Source of the DNA: Candidatus Latescibacterota bacterium | GTDB taxonomy: Bacteria; Latescibacterota; UBA2968; UBA8231 | NCBI GenBank assembly: GCA_965219385.1 | Contig: CBDCNM010000002.1 | Coordinates: forward strand, 964,639 to 1,028,638 | DNA length: 64,000 nucleotides | Direction of reading: 5' to 3' | In this document: positions 40,055-49,554 of the stretch, in pieces | How the letters are laid out: every line of letters begins with the position of its first letter | How positions within the stretch are numbered: the stretch's first letter is position 1 | Made by a program: the position numbers and the translations under genes | Notes under the pieces: generated by a model | The model's input: the letters and a program-made list of their open reading frames with translations, nothing else | Database searches by the model: none | What the model was told of the DNA's origin: nothing

Positions 40055-41077
40055 TCAAGGGGTGGGCGCGTCCTGGCGCAGCAAGCCCTCGTGCTTCAAC
40101 TCGGCCCACAAATCCGCCGGAATGGGGTGCTGCAGTAGCTGCACATTCCCCTGGACGTGCTCCGGCGCCAGGGCCCCGGGGATGATGGCCGCGACGATGG
40201 GATGGGCCAGCGGGAACTGCATGGCCGCGGCCCCCAGCGGGGTGTCGTGGCGCCGGCACACCGCTTGGATGCGCCGGGTCTTTTCCAGGATCTCCTCCTC
40301 CGCCGGGGCATAGGCGTAGGTCGCCCCTTCCACCGGTCCGGTCGCCAGGATGCCCGAGGCGAATACCGCGCCGATGACGGCCCCGACCCCGCGCTCGGCG
40401 CAGCGGGGGAATTCCTCGTCCAGAACCTCCTGGTCCAGCAGGGTATAGGGCAAGGCGACGATGAAGAAGTCCAGGTCCACCAGGTCCAGGAAGCGCGGCA
40501 TCATACCCATCTCGTTGATGCCGGCCCCGATCCCCTTGATCTGGCCGCTCGAGCGCAACTCGTCCAGGGCGCGCCAGCCGCTGCTGAACAACTGGCTCAG
40601 ATAGGCGTTGACCCCCACTTCGGTCTCGTGGAACCAGAAGTCCAGATCGTGGATGAGCAGCAGGTCCACGGAATTTAGCCCGAGTCGCTGCAGGCTGTCT
40701 TCGTACGAGCGCATGATGCCGTCGTAGCTGTAGTCGAAGCGCAACTCAAAGGGCAGGCCGCCGGCCCAGAACCCGCCTTCAAAGCTGTCCAGGTCGCGGG
40801 CGGCTGTGAGGACGCGGCCGACCTTGGTGGAGAGCATGAATTCCCCGCGCGGCTGCTGGCGCAGGAAATGGCCGACGCGATGTTCGCTCTTGCCGTAGCC
40901 GTAGAAGGGGGCGGTATCGTAAAAGCGCACGCCGGCGTCCCAGGCGGCCCGCAGAACCTCCTGTGCCTGGTCTTCGCTCAGCTTTTCGAACAGATCGCCC
41001 AGGGGGGCGCCGCCGAGGCCCAGCTTGGTTACGGCAGCTTGTAACTTGCCTACTTTGCGGGTTTCTAGGTCGCTCAT
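40055..41077 (-). CDS. Aldo/keto reductase
   Basis: LGLGGAPLG, YDTAPFYG, STKVGR, LIHD; likely start MSDLETR. Confidence 0.92.
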   Translation of the reverse strand: MSDLETRKVGKLQAAVTKLGLGGAPLGDLFEKLSEDQAQEVLRAAWDAGVRFYDTAPFYGYGKSEHRVGHFLRQQPRGEFMLSTKVGRVLTAARDLDSFEGGFWAGGLPFELRFDYSYDGIMRSYEDSLQRLGLNSVDLLLIHDLDFWFHETEVGVNAYLSQLFSSGWRALDELRSSGQIKGIGAGINEMGMMPRFLDLVDLDFFIVALPYTLLDQEVLDEEFPRCAERGVGAVIGAVFASGILATGPVEGATYAYAPAEEEILEKTRRIQAVCRRHDTPLGAAAMQFPLAHPIVAAIIPGALAPEHVQGNVQLLQHPIPADLWAELKHEGLLRQDAPTP

Positions 41078-41243
41078 CGCTAGCTCTCCTGTCGATTGGG
41101 GCACGCTTGTAAAGATCCAGAATATAATAAAATATCCCGGCCGCGCGCATGATATATTCTCGCTATTTCTCGGTCTGCTGAGTATCTTATTTCTCGCAGG
41201 ATAATTTGGGATAAAAGAAGGGCCGGCGAAAGGAAGAAAGAAC

Positions 41244-42041
41244 ATGGATCTGGAACGACTGCTTTTGCAACTCGAGATGAATGGCTGGTGCGTGGTCGAA
41301 GGGGTCGTTCCCGCGGACCGGGCAGAGGCTGTACGCGAGAGCGTGGCGACCGCGGTGGCGGCCAATCGCAACCCCGATGCGCCGGCCGGCATAGGACACC
41401 TTTCGGCTATCATCAACTACGACCAGTCCTTTGCTCCCTACCTGGCCGATCCACTCCTGATGCGCCTGGTCCGCAGCGCCCTGGGCGAACACGTGCGCAT
41501 CTCCTTTACCACCGGCACCATCAATTACCCCGGCAACCAGCGCGGCGGCTGGCACGCCGACTGGCCTTTCAACCAGAACAACGCCGGCCATATTCCCGCA
41601 CCCTACCCGGATATGGTTGCCCACCTTACCACCCTGTGGATGTTTTCCCCCTTCACCGCGGAAAACGGCGGCACCCTCATCGTGCCGGGCAGCCACCGCA
41701 CCGACAACAACCCGACCGGCGACAACGGGGTCAACCCCGTTGCGCCCTATCCGACCGAGTTCAATGCCACGGGACCCGCGGGCAGCGTGCTGATTCTGGA
41801 CAGCCGCATGTGGCATGCCAGTGCGGCCAACCAGACCCGGGAGCCGCGGGTTTCCGTGGTGGTGCGTTATGCCCCCTGGTGGCTCAACCTGGAGGTGCTG
41901 CGGCCGGATTCGGGGGAACGCACGCTCCTGGTCAACAGGACCGGGGGCAGGGAAAACAGGGTTCCCTCCATCCCTTCAGAGGTTTACGAGGAACTGATTG
42001 AAGAGGTGAAGCCTTTGTTCCTGCACTGGGTGGAGGGTTAA
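41244..42041 (+). CDS. Phytanoyl-CoA dioxygenase family protein
   Basis: WHAD, NGGTLIVPGSH, DSRMWH...R. Confidence 0.9.
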   Translation: MDLERLLLQLEMNGWCVVEGVVPADRAEAVRESVATAVAANRNPDAPAGIGHLSAIINYDQSFAPYLADPLLMRLVRSALGEHVRISFTTGTINYPGNQRGGWHADWPFNQNNAGHIPAPYPDMVAHLTTLWMFSPFTAENGGTLIVPGSHRTDNNPTGDNGVNPVAPYPTEFNATGPAGSVLILDSRMWHASAANQTREPRVSVVVRYAPWWLNLEVLRPDSGERTLLVNRTGGRENRVPSIPSEVYEELIEEVKPLFLHWVEG

Positions 42042-42050
42042 AGTCTTTCC

Positions 42051-43253
42051 TCAGTTCGATTTTTTACCGTTCCAGCTGGCGATGAAATCCTCTACGGTGA
42101 AATTTGCGGGCATGTCGTTGGGTTCGTAGGGGGAAGGACCGCCCTGGAAGGACTGATGCTGGTGCGCCGCCGATTGCCGCAGGCAGCCGTCCAGCGGCGC
42201 CAGGCGCTGTTGCAGCAGGTCGATCTGCTCGGCGCTGAAGAGCCCGTCCAGGTAACTGTCGTCCCGGTTGTTGTAGCAGGGGGAAGTCCCCTCGCCCTGC
42301 TTCAGGCCATGTAGCCGGCCGGCCATCTGGTTGAGCATGGCCAGGGTGACGAGGCGCTCGTGGGGCGAGGGGTGCAGCCGCTCCAGCGCGGCGCGGAAAG
42401 TATCGGCCCTGCCGTGGATGATGGTGCGAAAGACCTCGACGTAGAGATCGATTGCTTCGAAGTAGCGTCGGTCCCAGGCTTCGAACTGTTGCCGCGCTCC
42501 GGGTGACAGATGGTGGAAGAAACCCGGCTCCCAGTGGCGCCAGTGGATATTGGGCATGGCGGCAAAATCAAAGGGGCGAAAGCCGGGATGGATGGTGCGG
42601 CGCAGCTTGCGGGTGTAGTTGCTGCCCCAGTGCAGCAGAAGGTGGGTGTAGACCACGCCGTCGCCAGGGCCCAGTTCCACCGGCATCCCGCCGGGCAAGG
42701 GCACGCTTGGATTCTCGGCTAGCTGGCGGTTTTCCTCGGCGGTATTGACCCGTTTGTGGCTTCGGGGCACGATCCAGAACACCCTGTCTTCGTACAGGGC
42801 GATGTTCCACTGCAGGTAGCTGGGGCCGTGTTGTTCCATGTTGGCGATCATGCCGCGCAGGGGCGCGGGATTGCCCGGGCCCACATCGCGATGCCACCGG
42901 CCCGGCCCCGCGTCCTGGGTGTCGGAGCTGCAGATGCAGCTCATGTAGTGGAGCGCCACCTCGTCCGCGTCGATGATCTGGCGGGCCACGCCGAGGACGG
43001 TGTCGCCGAGGAGGAATTCGACGGCGGCGGTGGATTCGGCGTCGCAGTCGGCGTGAAATTGCAGTCGCGGCTGGCCGGAGGCGGCCCAGGCTCCGTGGGC
43101 TTCGCCGGGCAGGCGCTGCTGCCGCGAGACCTCGCGGCGGTGCTGGATCATGTGTTCGACGGCCGCACGGACCCTTTCCAGATCTTTCGGCGGGACTACG
43201 TTGCGCAGGATGATGAAGCCGTCTTCCATAAGTTGTCGGCGGTCAACCTTCAT
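42051..43253 (-). CDS. Phytanoyl-CoA dioxygenase family protein with C-terminal extension
   Basis: WHRD, IVPRSH, LLHWG...RR. Confidence 0.85.
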   Translation of the reverse strand: MKVDRRQLMEDGFIILRNVVPPKDLERVRAAVEHMIQHRREVSRQQRLPGEAHGAWAASGQPRLQFHADCDAESTAAVEFLLGDTVLGVARQIIDADEVALHYMSCICSSDTQDAGPGRWHRDVGPGNPAPLRGMIANMEQHGPSYLQWNIALYEDRVFWIVPRSHKRVNTAEENRQLAENPSVPLPGGMPVELGPGDGVVYTHLLLHWGSNYTRKLRRTIHPGFRPFDFAAMPNIHWRHWEPGFFHHLSPGARQQFEAWDRRYFEAIDLYVEVFRTIIHGRADTFRAALERLHPSPHERLVTLAMLNQMAGRLHGLKQGEGTSPCYNNRDDSYLDGLFSAEQIDLLQQRLAPLDGCLRQSAAHQHQSFQGGPSPYEPNDMPANFTVEDFIASWNGKKSN

Positions 43254-43289
43254 AAAGCTCCTCCCTAGGAATAGCTGTGTGCCTGTCTT

Positions 43290-44366
43290 TTACTCCTCGT
43301 AGAGCGACTCCACGTCCACGGGCTGGCCCTGCTGCGCGGCCGAGCGGTAGGCCGCGTCCAGGAATTCCACGGTGCGCCAGCCAACTTCGGCGGGCGAGCC
43401 GTTTTCCGCCTCGCCCCTGACCACCTGGACCAGGTTGGTGGAGGGCATGTGCATGGGGTAGATCCGCTCGTCGCCTTCCAGCCGCGGCGGGGTCTCGAGC
43501 GACAGATCCGGGTGGCGGATCTCGAGGGTCCCCGCCAGCGAGTCGATCTCCAGCCAGCCCTCATCGCAGAAGACCCGGGTGTTCAGATAGTCGGTATCGC
43601 CGGCCCGCATGATGCCGGTGCTGCCCACCGTGGCCAGGGCGCCGTTGTCCATGCGCACGGTGATGGCATCCACCACATCCGCTACCAAGTCCATGTTTTC
43701 CATCATGGCCGCGACCCGCACGGACTTGAGTCCGGTGATGAAAAACATCAGCCCGGCCGAATGGGTCACCTGCAAATGTCCCTGGCCCTGCCCGGAGCGC
43801 TCCGGGTCGTTGTACACGTCGCCCGGGCCCACCACCGGGTAGTTGAAGACGGGCCGGTACCTGGAGTCGTCGCCGCGCATGAAGTGGATCACCATGGAGG
43901 CAAACATGGAGTTGATGGAGCGCAGCTGGCCCAGTTCGCCCGCGTGGAGGATCTGGCGCGCCCTCAGGGTGTGCGGGGTGTAGTGCCAGGGATAGCCCAT
44001 GATCAATTCGCGCTCGCGTTGTCGAGCCAACCCGGTCAGATCGCGGGCGTGGGAAGCGGTCAGCACCATGGGCTTTTCGAGCAGGATGTGCAAATCGTGC
44101 TCCAGGCAGGTGCGCGCTACCTCGTGGTGGGCGGTGTGGTACACGGCAATGACCACGCCGTCGAGATCCTCTTTTTCGAGCATCTCGCGGTAGTCGGTGT
44201 AGGTCTTTTCCACCTGGTGCCTGGCCGCGGCCTTGGCGAGCACCTCGGGCCTGAGGTCCGAGATGGCTGCGATTTCGGCGTCGGGGTGCGCCTGCAGGGT
44301 GGGCAGGTGGGCGGTGGTGGCCCACCAGCCGGTGCCGATCACGGCGATTCGGGCTTTGTCGGGCAT
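43290..44366 (-). CDS. Gfo/Idh/MocA oxidoreductase
   Basis: IAVIGTGWW, LLEKP. Confidence 0.92.
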   Translation of the reverse strand: MPDKARIAVIGTGWWATTAHLPTLQAHPDAEIAAISDLRPEVLAKAAARHQVEKTYTDYREMLEKEDLDGVVIAVYHTAHHEVARTCLEHDLHILLEKPMVLTASHARDLTGLARQRERELIMGYPWHYTPHTLRARQILHAGELGQLRSINSMFASMVIHFMRGDDSRYRPVFNYPVVGPGDVYNDPERSGQGQGHLQVTHSAGLMFFITGLKSVRVAAMMENMDLVADVVDAITVRMDNGALATVGSTGIMRAGDTDYLNTRVFCDEGWLEIDSLAGTLEIRHPDLSLETPPRLEGDERIYPMHMPSTNLVQVVRGEAENGSPAEVGWRTVEFLDAAYRSAAQQGQPVDVESLYEE

Positions 44367-44381
44367 ATGGTTGTTCTCCTC

Positions 44382-45209
44382 TCAGAGCAAGGGTTGGACC
44401 AGGGTTCTCATTTTGATGGTCTCGGTCATCACGTCGCATTTGTCCATGTCCATCCAGCCGGGATCGTGCTCGTACTCCAGGGTCAAGTAGCCTTCGTATC
44501 CGGCTTCCTTAAGCAGGCCGATCGCGGTCGAAAAGTCAATGATGCCGTCGTCCCAGCGAGCCTGTAGCTGCTGGTCGGCACCCTGGCGCAGGTGGAAGTG
44601 ACCGGCGTAGGGAACCAGGGGATCGATAGCCGAGGCCGGGTAGCCCTGGGCCACAAAGTGGGAGTAGTCGAGGGCGATGCTGAGACCGGGGTTCTGCCGC
44701 AGGAATTCCACGGTCTCGCGCGGGTCTTCGAGGATGGAGTCCACGTGCGGCTCGAAGATCAGGGGCACCCCGGCATCCTGGGCCAGGGTGTTCATCTCGT
44801 TCAGGCTTGCGGCCGCCAGGGCGAGGCTGTCCTGGTGGCTTTTGCCCGGCTGGTCCACCCCCGGCGAGATCAGCAGCGACTGGATCTGCGCGGCCTGGCA
44901 GCACTCCAGCACATTCTTCAAGGTCTCCCTGTTGCGCCGGCGCACGGCAGGATCGGTCGAATTGATGGCCCGGTCCTCGAAGCTGCTCCCGAAGAAGTAG
45001 ATCAGGTTGGGCAGTTCCATCCCGGGTTCGGTGAAACGCCGGGCAAGGCCCTGGGGATCGCGGTCTATTTCCTCGGCGTCGATGGAGGTGCCCGGTATGG
45101 CCAGCAAATCCATGGCGTGCACCCCCAGAGCGCGCCAGATCTGGGCCGATTCAACCAGGCTGGTGCCGACGAAGGACCAGGCTGCTCCTGCTAGTTTGAG
45201 GGTACTCAT
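44382..45209 (-). CDS. Sugar phosphate isomerase/epimerase (AP endonuclease 2 barrel)
   Basis: FEPH, LDYSH, HFHLR, GYLTLEYE. Confidence 0.88.
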   Translation of the reverse strand: MSTLKLAGAAWSFVGTSLVESAQIWRALGVHAMDLLAIPGTSIDAEEIDRDPQGLARRFTEPGMELPNLIYFFGSSFEDRAINSTDPAVRRRNRETLKNVLECCQAAQIQSLLISPGVDQPGKSHQDSLALAAASLNEMNTLAQDAGVPLIFEPHVDSILEDPRETVEFLRQNPGLSIALDYSHFVAQGYPASAIDPLVPYAGHFHLRQGADQQLQARWDDGIIDFSTAIGLLKEAGYEGYLTLEYEHDPGWMDMDKCDVMTETIKMRTLVQPLL

Positions 45210-45320
45210 CCAGCACTCCTTTGTCGTTTGTTTTTACGTCGTCCATGCCGGTGATGGAAACCCCCACTGGACACTCTGCTCCCCTCCATCGCTGTGTGAC
45301 CTGCAAATCGGCATCCATTC

Positions 45321-48300
45321 TCAATTGAGCCTCAACTCGTCGGACACCTCGGAGAGGAGCGCGTTGATCTTTTCCACCGCCTCCGGGTCGGGCGCGGTTT
45401 CTCCACCAAACTCGATGCGGAGGTTGAACTTGATGTTGTTGCCGACCGCGGCCTTGGCAATACCTGGAATCTGATCGGCCAGGTCCTGGATGCCGTTGGC
45501 TTCCAGGACGGCTTCGGCACTGAGCAGTCCCTGTGGTTTGGTTCCAAGCGTATAGAGGTTCCCTTCCCGAGCCTCTTCTCTGGCCGGGACTTGAAGGATC
45601 ACGCGTTGGGCACCAGCGAGGTCGCACGGCCACGAGGTGCCGCCGTCGCTGAGCTCGATCCATCGCGCCCGGATACCGTCTTCGATCGCCGACCGCACCG
45701 TGGACCAGGGCAGGGTCATGCCCCGCTGGGTCGAGAGCGCGGTCGCAATGACGAGGGCGTTGGTCTTGCCCTCTTTCCAGGCGCCGGGAATCGACTCGGC
45801 CATCAACTCGTCAACGGCGATCCGTTCGGGTGGCGGCCTCAGTATCGCGGAGGCGCTGAGCACGCCGGCGGGCACGGACTCATTGAGGATTGAAGCCGGT
45901 CCGCTGTTCAGCCACACCAGCCCCTGCTCGACGGCCTGCGAGATCGCGGCTTCGAGGCGAACTGGTTCGCATCTTGGGATGATGAGCGTCTCTTCGTAAC
46001 CCTCCCTGGGCAGGCTCACGGTGTGGCCCCCGGCGAAGTAGTCGTACACCTCCTGGACGGCGATCTCGTCGGACGACCAGAGCCCCGGGAGCTTCTGATA
46101 TTCGAGCAGATCGGGCGCGAGTTCGCTCAGGGTGGCCGCTTCGGGCAGCAGCACCTCCAGCCCTGAGTCCTCGAAGGCAGATTCGTCGATAGCCGTGCGC
46201 CAGAATGTTCGGACGGTCCGGTCCGGGCGCACGACCTGCGCCACCCAGATTCCTTGCTGAACGCCCTGCACCACGGTATCGAGAATCTCTTTTGAGCGCA
46301 GCATCTTGGGCAGCTTGGGGAACTGCGCGAAGGCGCCGACCAGATCCTTGACCCGACGGGATTGTTCTCCCTCTCGCCACAAGTCGTAAGGGGCTCCCGG
46401 CATCATCGCCTCTGAGCTGATGGCGGTCTCCTGGATGCGGGCTCGCTGGTCGGCCTTGATGATGGTGAACAAGGGTTCGTCGGTGACCACGACTTTGAAG
46501 GCGTGGATGGCATTGCTTTCGTCGACGGTGATAACCACCGAGTAAGCCTGCCTGATCGCCTCCGGGATGCGCCTTCTCGCCGACTCTGTCTCGCTGGCGA
46601 GCATCTGCTCGCGGATCGGATCGAGCGGCTGGTCCTTGAGTTGGTCGCGGACCTCCTCCCAACCGAGATACTCGCGAACCCGGGTGCGCGCCGCCTCGAG
46701 ACCATCCTTGGAAGGAACCGCGAGGACGATGGCGTTGCGATGGACCCGGGGGCGATCGGCCGCGGTGGTCTCGTCGATGAACCGCTTGGCCTCCGCGCCT
46801 GGTTTGCCGGACTCCGAGGCCGCTTGTGGGCCGAGGACCCCGTAGTGGAACGCGCCGTCGTCCGCGATGTCGCGCGGTCTTGCCGGCAGGTTGTGCACCT
46901 TGGCGCCGGCCGCGGACGCGCCTGAGGTGAACGCCTTGAGTTTCTCGATGGCATTGATGAGCTGTGATTCCACGAGTGCCGGGGGTACGCGGTTGCGGCA
47001 GGCATCGTGGTGCATCTGCCGCAGGTTGGGGCGATTGCCCAGCCGCCATGCCTTGGGCAACGGACTGGCGCCCCCCGACTCGCCTCCGGTGGCCACTTCC
47101 ACTTCATCGAGAAACCAGGACAGCTCGGTCCAGCGACGCAGGGCCTTCTCCAGTTCTATTTTGTCCGGATCGGCTGCCCCAAGCAGCACCATCAGCTCTT
47201 GAGTCAATGCCTTGTGACCAATTGGCTGAGAACTCAGAAATACCGCAATGACCGCCTGCTCCATTTCCCGGTGGTGGAGACCAGTCGCCTCGGACTGAAG
47301 CGCGCGGGCCTTGGCCAGCTCCCCCTCGAGGATAGGCCGCCATTCCTGGTGCTTGCCGGTGCCGGTGTCGACGCTGGCAAAGGAAGCAAGTTCGCCTGCG
47401 GCTTCGGCCAGGTCGTTCTTTCCCGGCTCGTTCAAGAACACATTCGGCCCCACCAGCGGACTCGTATCCCACTTCTCCGCGTCGCGCAGGGCAATGGCAA
47501 AGGTCCGCAGGATGCCACGGGTTCGCTGGAAGCCGTCGAGCTGGGTCCAGCGGGTGTAGAAGATCTCGGTGAGGTCCGGATGAAAGGGATAACTGCTCAG
47601 ATAGCGCTCCTCGGCGCTCCCCCGCTCTTTGCGGGTCTGCTCGTCGAGCGCGGCGATGCTGCCCACCACCGCAGTCACGTGCGGGCGGAAAACGCCCGGA
47701 TCGCGAATCGACTCAGGCTTGAAAAAGCGCCGCCGCAGCACCTCCGCCACATCCTCCTTGCTCACCGGACTGGCGTCTTCTTCCATCTGGCGGCCAAAGA
47801 CTTCGGACACCTCGCGAAGCAGCTCGTTGCCAAAGTCGTCGTGCTTCCTGGGGTCGGAGGCGAGCAGCGAGGCCACCATGGCGCAGCGGTCTACTTTTAC
47901 GACCGCTTGCGAGAGGTACTGGAAGAAGCTAATCAGGCGTCCGCGCCAGCTCGGATCGGTTTCGACCTGGGCGCGGATGTACATCAGCACCTCGTCCAGG
48001 AGCACCAGGGTCGAGAGATCGTCTCGTTGCGGCTTGGACAGCAGCTCCACCACCAGCGGTTCCGCCGGGGGGGTATCGCGCTCGGCGTCTTTGCCGTCGG
48101 CGTGGATGAGTCTGAGGCCGTCCGCCCCCGCCAGTTGAAAGGCGAGGATGCTCCACGGATGCTTGAGCATCCTGACCGTCCCAGCGGGACTTGGCGTCTC
48201 GACGCCCTTCTCCAGGTCGACCTTGTCGAAGCACAGGGCCGCAACCCGGGCCTTTGGCGCCTTGAACCCAATGTGCGCCTCGAACTCCCGGACGGCCGGC

Positions 48301-48638
48301 AGGTCGGGCAGCGCGGCCGGATCGTGTACCAGGTGCCTGAGCGCGATGAGCGTATGGGTCTTGCCGCCGCCGTAGTTGACCGAGAGTTTCCGATACGCCT
48401 TGTCGCTCCGGCCGGCCAAACGCAGGGCCACGTCCTTGACCAGTTCCCGCAGATTGTAGGTGGGATAGGTGAGGGCGAAGAACTCGGCGGGATGCTCGTA
48501 CACCGGCCGTTGACCCTTCTGCATGACCACGTCGTACAGGTCGGCGGCGAATACGGCCAGCGACAGTTCACCCGTTTTTAGGTCGTCGCGCAGTTGTACG
48601 ACTTCGTGCCAGGGTTTATAGGAAGGCTTCGTTGTCAT
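45321..48638 (-). CDS. DUF499-family AAA+ ATPase
   Basis: KPWHEVVQLRDD, FAADL, YGGGKTH, LLDE, VLRRRFF, SYPFHP, FQRTRGILR. Confidence 0.9.
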   Translation of the reverse strand: MTTKPSYKPWHEVVQLRDDLKTGELSLAVFAADLYDVVMQKGQRPVYEHPAEFFALTYPTYNLRELVKDVALRLAGRSDKAYRKLSVNYGGGKTHTLIALRHLVHDPAALPDLPAVREFEAHIGFKAPKARVAALCFDKVDLEKGVETPSPAGTVRMLKHPWSILAFQLAGADGLRLIHADGKDAERDTPPAEPLVVELLSKPQRDDLSTLVLLDEVLMYIRAQVETDPSWRGRLISFFQYLSQAVVKVDRCAMVASLLASDPRKHDDFGNELLREVSEVFGRQMEEDASPVSKEDVAEVLRRRFFKPESIRDPGVFRPHVTAVVGSIAALDEQTRKERGSAEERYLSSYPFHPDLTEIFYTRWTQLDGFQRTRGILRTFAIALRDAEKWDTSPLVGPNVFLNEPGKNDLAEAAGELASFASVDTGTGKHQEWRPILEGELAKARALQSEATGLHHREMEQAVIAVFLSSQPIGHKALTQELMVLLGAADPDKIELEKALRRWTELSWFLDEVEVATGGESGGASPLPKAWRLGNRPNLRQMHHDACRNRVPPALVESQLINAIEKLKAFTSGASAAGAKVHNLPARPRDIADDGAFHYGVLGPQAASESGKPGAEAKRFIDETTAADRPRVHRNAIVLAVPSKDGLEAARTRVREYLGWEEVRDQLKDQPLDPIREQMLASETESARRRIPEAIRQAYSVVITVDESNAIHAFKVVVTDEPLFTIIKADQRARIQETAISSEAMMPGAPYDLWREGEQSRRVKDLVGAFAQFPKLPKMLRSKEILDTVVQGVQQGIWVAQVVRPDRTVRTFWRTAIDESAFEDSGLEVLLPEAATLSELAPDLLEYQKLPGLWSSDEIAVQEVYDYFAGGHTVSLPREGYEETLIIPRCEPVRLEAAISQAVEQGLVWLNSGPASILNESVPAGVLSASAILRPPPERIAVDELMAESIPGAWKEGKTNALVIATALSTQRGMTLPWSTVRSAIEDGIRARWIELSDGGTSWPCDLAGAQRVILQVPAREEAREGNLYTLGTKPQGLLSAEAVLEANGIQDLADQIPGIAKAAVGNNIKFNLRIEFGGETAPDPEAVEKINALLSEVSDELRLN

Positions 48639-48874
48639 GTCGTCCTCGTAGGTTCATGGTAGTCTTCGGTAAAGAAAAGTGCGTTCTCCATCCATCCAGA
48701 TTCGTGGAGACGCCCTAGTCCTTGATCCTGCCGTAACTCCCGGACGTTGGGCAGCTCGGAAACCGGGCGGATGATGGCGTCGTGTGAGTCTTCCAGCCGG
48801 CAAACGACGGACATATTCTCGAACGTGCTGTCGTTGACAAAGGTCAATAGATCCGGCGCATGAGTGGTGGTCAT
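48635..48874 (-). CDS. Small hypothetical protein, possibly the C-terminal remnant of an ATPase (TTH motif)
   Basis: 79 aa; ATGA overlap with the DUF499 start; ends LGRLHESGW. Confidence 0.35.
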   Translation of the reverse strand: MTTTHAPDLLTFVNDSTFENMSVVCRLEDSHDAIIRPVSELPNVRELRQDQGLGRLHESGWMENALFFTEDYHEPTRTT

Positions 48875-48890
48875 TATCTGAATGTTGTTC

Positions 48891-49073
48891 TTAGCGGCCT
48901 GCTTTTCGATCTTGGTCGGCGGTCCGTCTCAGGGCACTCAGATCCACTACTTGCTGATCCGCCGACCGCTGTTTGGTTTGGAGATGGGCAACAAGGGACT
49001 CGATATCATAGCCATGTTCCCGAGCGATGCTGTCTTTGATCTGCCAGAGTTCCTTAATGATTTGGTCAGACAT
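48891..49073 (-). CDS. Small putative antitoxin
   Basis: MSDQIIKELWQIKDSIAREHGYDI; overlaps the PIN gene stop. Confidence 0.6.
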   Translation of the reverse strand: MSDQIIKELWQIKDSIAREHGYDIESLVAHLQTKQRSADQQVVDLSALRRTADQDRKAGR

Positions 49074-49554
49074 CTTCAGCTACTCCCATAAGTTCTTGAG
49101 GGGTGCATATTTCGGGACTAGTATGCCCGTGTATGCTACAAATGCTCCGCACGATGGGTTTGGTTTCGGCATTATCAAGATGCCGACAGTTCCAAGTCAG
49201 AAGATAATCGACGCCGTGTACCGCGGATACGGCAATATGCAGGGCATCGTCTAGGGCCTTGGCCGGCAGGGCTCTTCCTTGGAGAAGCACTTTGGATAAC
49301 GCGACGACGCTCCCCGTAATGGGCAATATGGGAATACCGGATAACGCTCCAAGACGTCGTGCCGCCGCCTCAAGGTTGCCCTTTCCAGCCTCTTCAAGCG
49401 CAACATCAGAGGTATAAAGGTTGAATCGGTTTCTCTGTGTTTCCCACCACTCAACCGTGATCATTTGCCAAGCAGATGCCAGCAGATCACTCGTAGGCCG
49501 AGCTGTCAAATATGACACAATCGAGGTTTCGATGTATACCGTTTTCTTATCCAT
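49066..49554 (-). CDS. PIN-domain (VapC-like) toxin
   Basis: TVYIETSIVSYL, DALHIA, YLLTWNCRHL, ICTPQEL. Confidence 0.85.
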   Translation of the reverse strand: MDKKTVYIETSIVSYLTARPTSDLLASAWQMITVEWWETQRNRFNLYTSDVALEEAGKGNLEAAARRLGALSGIPILPITGSVVALSKVLLQGRALPAKALDDALHIAVSAVHGVDYLLTWNCRHLDNAETKPIVRSICSIHGHTSPEICTPQELMGVAEDV

